This document shows, one piece after another, positions 57,400 to 64,000 of a stretch of DNA of 64,000 nt. The notes under the pieces were generated by a model, which was not told the DNA's origin, ran no database searches, and worked only from the letters and a program-made list of their open reading frames with translations. This DNA is from a bacterium (GTDB lineage Archaea; Thermoplasmatota; E2; JACPAO01; JAHFTW01). The DNA is taken from NCBI GenBank assembly GCA_040390065.1, contig JAZJZE010000005.1:32001-96000 (forward strand), given 5' to 3'. Position 1 is the stretch's first letter; every line of letters begins with the position of its first letter. A program made the translations under genes and the position numbers.

Positions 57400-60300
57400 C
57401 TACGCGGTGCGCTGGACGATGACGTTCACGTCGTCGCCGCCGAAGGCCACGTCGAACTCCTTGTGGCCGAGGTACGTGACATCGACGTCATTGGCATCCT
57501 TGTGCGGGTAGTTGACGTCGAGGACGACGTGGCCCTCCCCGGCCGAGAAGGTGACAACGCCGGTCGCATTCGTCGTGTAATCCAGTGCCTTGGCGTCCCC
57601 GGTCCTGTTGACCGACATGGGGACGTTGGCAAGGGGCGTGCCATCGAGGTTCAGGAACGTGGCGTGCACGGTCGACTGCTTCGCCGTGAGGGCGACGTCG
57701 ACGACGACGGTTCCGTTGGAGATGACGTTGGCCGAGCCAGTGCCGGGGTTGTAGCCGGTCGCCGTGACGCTGACCGTGTACGCGCCGGCCTGCAGCGGGC
57801 CGACCGTGTAGTTGCCGCCAGCCGTGGACGTGGCCTGCATCGCGGCACCTGCGGGGACGGGGACGCTGATCTGGGCCCCTTCCACGACGTGGTCCTTGCC
57901 TGGCGTGAAGGTGGAGTCGCCGCTCGTCTCGGCGTAGACGTGGCCGGCGATGGTGCCGCGCGGCACGTGCAGCACGACATCGCTGACAACGCGCCCGTTC
58001 TGGGCGTCTGCCATGCTGTACTGGTAGTCGGGCCCATTGTTCTGGTACAGGAGCGTGCTCGTCTCGCCTTCGATGGAGACGATGGCGACGCGCAGGTCGC
58101 CGTTCTCGCTGAAGGGCGCCGTGGAGTGGAACTCGCCGGCGGCGTTGCTGACGCTCTCGCCATGCTGGGCGCCGTATGCGTCGACGAAGGCGACGGTGAC
58201 TCCCGCCATGGGTGCGCCGCCGTCGTCGAGGACGCGGCCCGAGACGTTGACACCGTGGTAGTACTGCAGGAGCGCCGTCTGGCGGGCGCGCGTCGTCTTG
58301 CCGGCGAGCTGGAAGCCACCCGAGGTGACCTCCTTGATGACCCGCCAGTGGTTCAGGCCAGCGCCGGCCGGGGCGAGGTCCGCCGCCGTGCCGCCAAAGG
58401 CGCGCGCGAACATCGTCTTGCCGTACAGGTCCGTCGGCTCGTAGAAGTAGAACGCGCCCTGCGTGTCGACGCCCTGGGCGCCCGGCTGCTGGAGCGGCGT
58501 GCCGCCCAGCGGGTACAGTTTGCCCTGGAACAGTTCGTACTGCTGGTTGTTGGCGTCGAAGTAGCGCTCGTTGCCGTCGCCGATCTGCTGGTAGCCGCCG
58601 CGCGGGTCCGGGATGTACGTCTGGACCCTGAACTCCTGTCCCGTGCCGACGTGCAGCTTCGTCTGGTAGTAGTCGTCCGGGTTCTTGTTGGACAGGAACA
58701 CAGGCGCGTAGAAGATGCTGTTGTCGCGGGCGGCCGTCTTCGACGTGGGGAAGGGGCCCATCTTGTCGTCGACACCGATGTAGCCGACGAAGTGGCCCGT
58801 CGCCTTGGCGACGTCCTCGTACAACTCGAAGGCCTTCTCCTCGGTGAGGTTGAGGTCCTTGACCATCTTGATCTTGGGCTCGTACCAGTAGCCGCCCTGC
58901 ATCGAGACGAGGGAGGGATACTTGCTGGCGAGAAGCTGGTCAAGGGCGGGTGAGTAGTGCGTGCCCTTCCAGTCGCCCGTGATGAGCAGGATGGTGAGGT
59001 AGTCGATGGCTTCAGCCTCGGAGTCCGACGCGAGGAAGCGGCCGGACATCTCATAGTGCGACTGGAACGGGTCCGCGACCGTCGGGTGCTTGCCGATGCC
59101 GGTGGCCCAGTGGCCGTAGTCCCACCACGCCATGAAGGCGGGACGATCGATCTCGGACTTGTTGGTATCGAGGGTCGCGAAATAATTCATGAGCGGAAGC
59201 CAGCCGTTCGACTTCAACTCGTATTGCATGCCGAAGCCGCCCCAGTGGACGCCGCAGTCGCCAGGCGAGATGCGTTCGCAGTTCTCGGACGTGTCGAGAA
59301 GGCCGTGGTCGCGCTTGAACTCGAAGCCCATGCCGGCGTCCGCGCCGATCCACAGGTTCGGGATGATGAACAGGAGCGTCGTGAGGAGCACCAGGATGAC
59401 CGGGCGCCACGACAGCGAGCGCAGGCTGCGGCTGGCGATGTTCTGGCCGTGCTGCGAGCGGAACTTCTTGCGAATCTCGCTGGTCTTGGCCAGGTCCATG
59501 AGCTTCACGAGGACGAAGCCCAACAGGACGCAGAAGACGGGGGCGGCGTTCTGGATGAAACGGCTGGCCGAGAACATCAGGAAGATGGAGACCGCCGACC
59601 AGCCCGCGACGAGGACGAATCCGGGTTGGCCCTTGTAGGCGCGGCGGAAGATGTGGGCCAAGCCCCAGAAGGCTGCAAGGAACGAGAAGAAGCCGAGGTT
59701 GGCGGCGACTTCCCCGATGGACGGGCGCTTGGCTTCTGCAATCGTCGAGTACAGCTTGGACTGGTTGAAGTAGCCGAGGCCGGAGAACACCGTGTGCGCA
59801 ACGCTCGGAGCAAACTGCACGAAGGCGTAGTAGCCGATGACGCCGGCGATTGCCAGCGCGGGGAACACCAGCACCGAAGGCAGGTTGCGCGTCGGGACGA
59901 GCACCAAGCCGACGGCGAAGACGCCGCCCAGCACGAACAGGCTCGGCTGCACCGTCGTCGCGAAGTGGTAGCCCGCTGCGTGGTAGTACAGCAGCCAGGG
60001 CAGGATGGCCGCGATGGCCGTCGTGATGAGGTAGGCAAGCCAGGTGACCGTCGAGTCGCGGTTGCGCAGGTGGTCGAGGACGAGCTGCAGGACGCAGGCG
60101 ACGGCGATGATTGCCAAGGCGTACGGGTAGCCTTTCCAGGTGACGGCGCAGGCGGTGAGCGCGATGCCGGCCAGTGCTGCGTACACGAAGGTGTTGCGGT
60201 TGGCCTGGAAGGCGTTCCGGAGGCCACTCGAGACGGCGGCGCTGTTGCCCCACTTGGAGACGTAGATGTCGTTGCCGGCCTGCCGGAAGCCGCGTACCAG

Positions 60301-60846
60301 GAAGGCGATGGCAAGCAGGATGAAGAACATCGAAATGGCGTCGTGGTCGGCGTATCCCCAGAACGATTTCTGGATGACCGGCGCCGAGATGGCCATGAAG
60401 AAGCCGGCCCACAGGCCCGCGCGGCGGCCCCACAGGTCCTTGGCGATCATGTAGACCGGGATGACGCAGAGAGCGCCCCAGACTGCCACCATGATGTTGA
60501 TGGCCGTGCCGACGGGGTCGACGACGTGCAGGGCGTTGAGTCCCTGCGCCAATGGGGCACTCGTCCAAGTCCACAACGGCGGGTTGGGATTGAAGTTGCC
60601 TTCGGGATAGTTGATCATCGGGTCGAAGTTCAGGTTCTGCCCGTTCTCGACGACGTAGGTGACCGTGCGGTGGTGGTAGTACGGGTCGTTGCCCGTGAAG
60701 AGGTGGCGCTGCGACTCGGGGTCGAAGCCCTCGTTGATGTTGAAGACGCTGCGCAGGGTGAATGCGGCCGCCACGAAGATGGCGAGCCACAGCAAGGTGC
60801 GCATGTACGAAGGCTGGGAGCGGGATTGGTCGATGCCGTCGGCCAT
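57400..60846 (-). CDS. aglB: Oligosaccharyltransferase AglB (STT3) with C-terminal carboxypeptidase-regulatory-like beta domains
   Basis: GNDPYYH, FDPMINYP, GYADHD, TIAEA, WWDYGHW. Confidence 0.95.
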   Translation of the reverse strand: MADGIDQSRSQPSYMRTLLWLAIFVAAAFTLRSVFNINEGFDPESQRHLFTGNDPYYHHRTVTYVVENGQNLNFDPMINYPEGNFNPNPPLWTWTSAPLAQGLNALHVVDPVGTAINIMVAVWGALCVIPVYMIAKDLWGRRAGLWAGFFMAISAPVIQKSFWGYADHDAISMFFILLAIAFLVRGFRQAGNDIYVSKWGNSAAVSSGLRNAFQANRNTFVYAALAGIALTACAVTWKGYPYALAIIAVACVLQLVLDHLRNRDSTVTWLAYLITTAIAAILPWLLYYHAAGYHFATTVQPSLFVLGGVFAVGLVLVPTRNLPSVLVFPALAIAGVIGYYAFVQFAPSVAHTVFSGLGYFNQSKLYSTIAEAKRPSIGEVAANLGFFSFLAAFWGLAHIFRRAYKGQPGFVLVAGWSAVSIFLMFSASRFIQNAAPVFCVLLGFVLVKLMDLAKTSEIRKKFRSQHGQNIASRSLRSLSWRPVILVLLTTLLFIIPNLWIGADAGMGFEFKRDHGLLDTSENCERISPGDCGVHWGGFGMQYELKSNGWLPLMNYFATLDTNKSEIDRPAFMAWWDYGHWATGIGKHPTVADPFQSHYEMSGRFLASDSEAEAIDYLTILLITGDWKGTHYSPALDQLLASKYPSLVSMQGGYWYEPKIKMVKDLNLTEEKAFELYEDVAKATGHFVGYIGVDDKMGPFPTSKTAARDNSIFYAPVFLSNKNPDDYYQTKLHVGTGQEFRVQTYIPDPRGGYQQIGDGNERYFDANNQQYELFQGKLYPLGGTPLQQPGAQGVDTQGAFYFYEPTDLYGKTMFARAFGGTAADLAPAGAGLNHWRVIKEVTSGGFQLAGKTTRARQTALLQYYHGVNVSGRVLDDGGAPMAGVTVAFVDAYGAQHGESVSNAAGEFHSTAPFSENGDLRVAIVSIEGETSTLLYQNNGPDYQYSMADAQNGRVVSDVVLHVPRGTIAGHVYAETSGDSTFTPGKDHVVEGAQISVPVPAGAAMQATSTAGGNYTVGPLQAGAYTVSVTATGYNPGTGSANVISNGTVVVDVALTAKQSTVHATFLNLDGTPLANVPMSVNRTGDAKALDYTTNATGVVTFSAGEGHVVLDVNYPHKDANDVDVTYLGHKEFDVAFGGDDVNVIVQRTA

Positions 60847-60971
60847 GGGGACAACCACCCTGTAAGGGGAAGCAAGCCGGCCAAGAAGGGGTGGCTATTA
60901 ACCCTTCCAAGGGGAATTCCAGGAATGGCTGGCTACGTCGGGCCGGGGCGCCTTTCTTCCTGGCAGGAGCA

Positions 60972-61925
60972 TCAAAACGGGCCACGCTTCGGCTTCGCGG
61001 CGCCCGGCTTGGACGTCCCTGGCTGCACGATGGCCTTGCCGAGGGCGCTGCAGATGAGGCCGACGGCGAAGTCGCCCGTCTGGTTGCCGGTGTCGAGGAG
61101 GGGGTTCACTTCGACGAACTCGAGGCTGGAAAGCAGGCCCGAGTCGGACAGCATCTCCATGGCGAGATGCGATTCCCGGTACGTGAGGCCGCCCTGGACC
61201 GTCGTTCCGGTGCCCGGCGCCCAGCGTGGGTCGACGACGTCGAGGTCGAAGGACAGGTGCACTTGGTCGACGCCCTTGGAGACGCGCTGCAGGGCCTCCT
61301 CCATGACGTTGGCCATGCCCATCTGGTCGACGTCACGCATCGTGTAGTACGTCACGCGCGAGTCGGTGAGAATCTCGGCTTCCTGCTTGTCGACGCTGCG
61401 GAGTCCGACGTACACGACGTTTTTCGGGTCCAGTTTCGGCCCGGGCTGGTCGAAGTTGGCAAGGCGTTCGTGGCCGAGGCCAAGAATCGCGGAGACGGGC
61501 ATGCCGTGGATATTGCCCGAGGGCGAGGTCTCGACCGTGTTGAAGTCGGCGTGCGCGTCGAACCAGAGAAGGCCGCGGCGCTTGGAGTTGCGAGCGAGGC
61601 CCGCCTGCGTTCCGATGGCAATCGAGTGGTCGCCGCCGAGGACGAGCGGTGAGGCCCCTTCCTTAACGGCCTTGTCGACGCGGTCGGCCAAATCCTTGCA
61701 GGCGGCAAGCACTTCGTCGACGTACTTCAGTTTGGCATCCTTCGGCTTGCGCTCCTCCGGCTCTGCGGCAAAGACGTTGCCGACGTCCTGGACCTTGTAC
61801 CCGAGTTCCGTGATGCGCTTGTGCAAGTTCGCGGCGCGGATGGCGGACGGACCCATGTCGACGCCGCGGCGACCCGCCCCGAGGTCCATGGGGACGCCGA
61901 TGACGCGCAGAGTGTTCTGAAGCAT
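60972..61925 (-). CDS. rocF: Arginase
   Basis: GVDMGP, GGDHS, DAHADFN, SGNIHGMP, SFDLDVVDP, EVNP. Confidence 0.95.
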   Translation of the reverse strand: MLQNTLRVIGVPMDLGAGRRGVDMGPSAIRAANLHKRITELGYKVQDVGNVFAAEPEERKPKDAKLKYVDEVLAACKDLADRVDKAVKEGASPLVLGGDHSIAIGTQAGLARNSKRRGLLWFDAHADFNTVETSPSGNIHGMPVSAILGLGHERLANFDQPGPKLDPKNVVYVGLRSVDKQEAEILTDSRVTYYTMRDVDQMGMANVMEEALQRVSKGVDQVHLSFDLDVVDPRWAPGTGTTVQGGLTYRESHLAMEMLSDSGLLSSLEFVEVNPLLDTGNQTGDFAVGLICSALGKAIVQPGTSKPGAAKPKRGPF

Positions 61926-61974
61926 GTGAGAGGCCCGACGCCAAGGGGGTAGATGACCCAAACGGGGGCGGGCT

Positions 61975-62985
61975 TCAGGGGGAACAGGCGGGGTTGGACG
62001 GCTCGTCGCGGTCCGGACACCATGAAAGCGTGTACGCCGCGTTGATGCCAGCGTCGAGATGGATGGTGGCCTTGTAAGGTCCGGCGAGGACGGGCTTCAC
62101 GACGTCTTGCGTCGAAAGACTCTGCCCAGGCGTGCTCGGTGCTAGGAGACTCAGGCCGGTCTGCGACGACTGGCCATCAGGTCGCGTCACAGTCATCGTC
62201 ATCTTGACAGGACCTCCAGACGTCGTTGCATTCAGGAGGATTGGCATTTCGCTATGTGTGCGGTTGAGGGTGAACGAAATGACCGCATCCTGACCTGGCA
62301 GCGGGAGGATTCCGGATGTTGAACCGCTGTCGTGGAGAATGTCCGGCAAAGTCAGGCAGGGCCAGTCACCTGTGAGGAGAAGGCCTGAATTGGCATCCAC
62401 GACAAGATTGAACGGCGCTCCCCGGGGGGACACGTCCATCCGCCAGACCATCGTACCGTTCGAGTTGCACAGGGCTTCCTCGACTTGGCTTGCATCGCCG
62501 TCGCCAACCCTTGCTCGAAAGTCGGCAGCACCATGAACCACACGAAGGGCTTCGTCGGAATCCGTACTCCACGGGGTCACGGCCGGAATCAGCTTGAGGA
62601 GAGGACCCCATACAGGGGCAAGACTCCCCTGGCGGCTCGTGCCATTTTGGGCGTACGTGACCCAGGATCCATCGTTTCCAGACAAGAAGGTGTAGGCCCA
62701 TACGGGCGCCCGGCCGTCGCCCACAACGGGGTCGGCGTGGCTCCACATGTCGCGGTAGTACTCGGGGAAAAGGTCCGGGATCTCATTCGAAACGTTCTGG
62801 GCCGGGCGCGAAAGCTCCAACCCGAAGATGCCGATGAGTTGGGCATCCGCGCGCCATTCCTTCGCCCACGCCTTCGCCTCCTCCAAGTGCGTCTTCGCGG
62901 TCGGCAAGTCGCTTCCCGGAGCCGGCGTCCCGCATCCCGCGAGCAGTGGCACAATCATGACCAAGGCAATTAGCTCGGCGCGCAC
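61975..62985 (-). CDS. Lipoprotein of unknown function (PepSY-like segments plus C-terminal beta domain)
   Basis: LAGC lipobox; AKAWAKEWRADAQL, DSDEAL, VVDANSG; lower GC. Confidence 0.7.
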   Translation of the reverse strand: MRAELIALVMIVPLLAGCGTPAPGSDLPTAKTHLEEAKAWAKEWRADAQLIGIFGLELSRPAQNVSNEIPDLFPEYYRDMWSHADPVVGDGRAPVWAYTFLSGNDGSWVTYAQNGTSRQGSLAPVWGPLLKLIPAVTPWSTDSDEALRVVHGAADFRARVGDGDASQVEEALCNSNGTMVWRMDVSPRGAPFNLVVDANSGLLLTGDWPCLTLPDILHDSGSTSGILPLPGQDAVISFTLNRTHSEMPILLNATTSGGPVKMTMTVTRPDGQSSQTGLSLLAPSTPGQSLSTQDVVKPVLAGPYKATIHLDAGINAAYTLSWCPDRDEPSNPACSP

Positions 62986-63075
62986 ACGACGAACCAGCCG
63001 GCAGCTGTCTTGGACGTTGCGGGCGACCCTCCGGCTTCGACACCCTTTTGCAAGCCGCCCGTCTCTCTCCTCGTC

Positions 63076-63471
63076 GTGGACGTGCTCCGGCAGGCGCTCA
63101 AGGCCATCGGCCTGTTCGAGTCGGACGTCATCGTGGAGCGCCCGTGGGGGCTGTGGGTCGACTGGTACCGAACGCCGGAGGCCACGCTCAAGTGCATGGT
63201 CATCCGCCCCGGTGCGCGGATGAGTCTGCAACGCCACCACGACCGCCGCGAGATCTGGCGCGTCGTTTCCGGCCAGGGCGAGGACCAGGGTGCCACGCCG
63301 CCGGCGCCCCTGTCGCCGGGCAAGACGCACGTCGTCGAAGCCGGCTCCATGCACCGCATCGCCAACAACGGCAGCGAACCACTTGTCATCGTGGAGTTGC
63401 AGATGGGCCACTGCGACGAGGACGACATTGAGAGATTGGCTGACGATTACGATCGCGGCAAGCCGAAGTAG
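63076..63471 (+). CDS. Cupin, mannose-6-phosphate isomerase type II C-terminal domain
   Basis: ERPWG, MSLQRH..RREIW.VVSG, HRIAN, ELQMG..DEDDIERLADDY. Confidence 0.88.
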   Translation: MDVLRQALKAIGLFESDVIVERPWGLWVDWYRTPEATLKCMVIRPGARMSLQRHHDRREIWRVVSGQGEDQGATPPAPLSPGKTHVVEAGSMHRIANNGSEPLVIVELQMGHCDEDDIERLADDYDRGKPK

Positions 63472-63493
63472 CCTTGCTTCGTCGCGCCCACTT

Positions 63494-63559
63494 GTCAACA
63501 GATAGAACAGATGAAACCGACAAGGCGCGTCATCTGTCGTATCTGTTTCATCTGTTGAC
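63494..63559. repeat. Inverted pair of 3 x 9-bp tandem repeats (ACAGAT core) between convergent genes
   Basis: GTCAACAGATAGAACAGATGAAACCGAC ... GTCATCTGTCGTATCTGTTTCATCTGTTGAC. Confidence 0.8.
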
Positions 63560-63576
63560 CGGGAGGCAGCGGAGCC

Positions 63577-63996
63577 CTACAACCCGGGAATCGTCTTGCG
63601 CCCCGAAAAACCGCCACTCAGCGAATGCCAATTCCGAATCTCCTTCTCGCCGTCGCGCCAGCACAGGTACACGACCTCGTTTCCAAGTTGACCCCGGAAA
63701 TCGACGAGGCCGGAATCCAAGTCCTTCGCCTCGCAGCCCATCTCCTCGAACTTCTCGATGACGTTGGCGACGGCGTCGAGGGCGGCGGCGCGTCGTTGCT
63801 GCTGTTCGCGGTGCTCGGCCCATTCCGGGCAAGTCGGCTTGTCCAACTCTTCGCCCCAGACGATGCGCAGGTCCTCAATTTGCGTCTCGGCTTCGCGCAT
63901 GTTCGAGAGCGCCTTGCGGCCGTCGACGAGGAGACGGCGTACGTCCGGGAGTGCGGCGTTGGCTTCGGCGAGAGTCCAAACGCGCATGCGGTTCAC
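63577..63996 (-). CDS. DUF2203 family protein
   Basis: WTLAEANAALP, KDLDSGLVDF, YLCWRDGE..I..WH....GFSGRK. Confidence 0.88.
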   Translation of the reverse strand: MNRMRVWTLAEANAALPDVRRLLVDGRKALSNMREAETQIEDLRIVWGEELDKPTCPEWAEHREQQQRRAAALDAVANVIEKFEEMGCEAKDLDSGLVDFRGQLGNEVVYLCWRDGEKEIRNWHSLSGGFSGRKTIPGL

Positions 63997-64000
63997 ATGC

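Noticed and set aside
57400-58250. C-terminal beta-sandwich extensions on AglB
   Set aside because: Extended C-termini are common among archaeal AglB proteins, so not treated as novel.
1577-61347. Many long ORFs antisense to or overlapping real genes (e.g. 1577..3220-, 4370..6745+, 8214..10337+, 40605..42599-, 58957..61347+)
   Set aside because: Shadow frames expected at high GC; R/G/P-rich or V/D-rich translations with no motifs, overlapping well-supported genes.

Overview
High-GC archaeal chromosomal segment, most consistent with Thermoplasmatota. The evidence is an aIF-1A/RIO1/KH operon, AglB, archaeal isoprenoid genes (mvk, ipk, fni, idsA), PGF-CTERM surface proteins and TATA boxes about 25-30 nt upstream of many starts. 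The first 16 kb is a cell-surface and glycosylation locus: a probable S-layer gene flanked by two HicAB modules, a paralogous PGF-CTERM protein, a GT-C transferase, a PGI/PMI and an unusual single-chain GT2 (Dol-P-Man synthase-like)-GtrA-PMT fusion. The rest is housekeeping genes interleaved with secreted proteins and lipoproteins. The most unusual signal is non-coding. Three housekeeping genes (hxlB, thyX, an aspC-like aminotransferase) are each followed by a synonymously recoded second copy of their own last 8-22 codons, separated from the gene by short structured inserts. At least three families of small palindromic elements recur in intergenic gaps, one showing compensatory base changes. 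I found no integrase, transposase, reverse transcriptase, CRISPR array, tRNA or rRNA gene in the window. Product calls come from motif recognition by eye, not from database searches.
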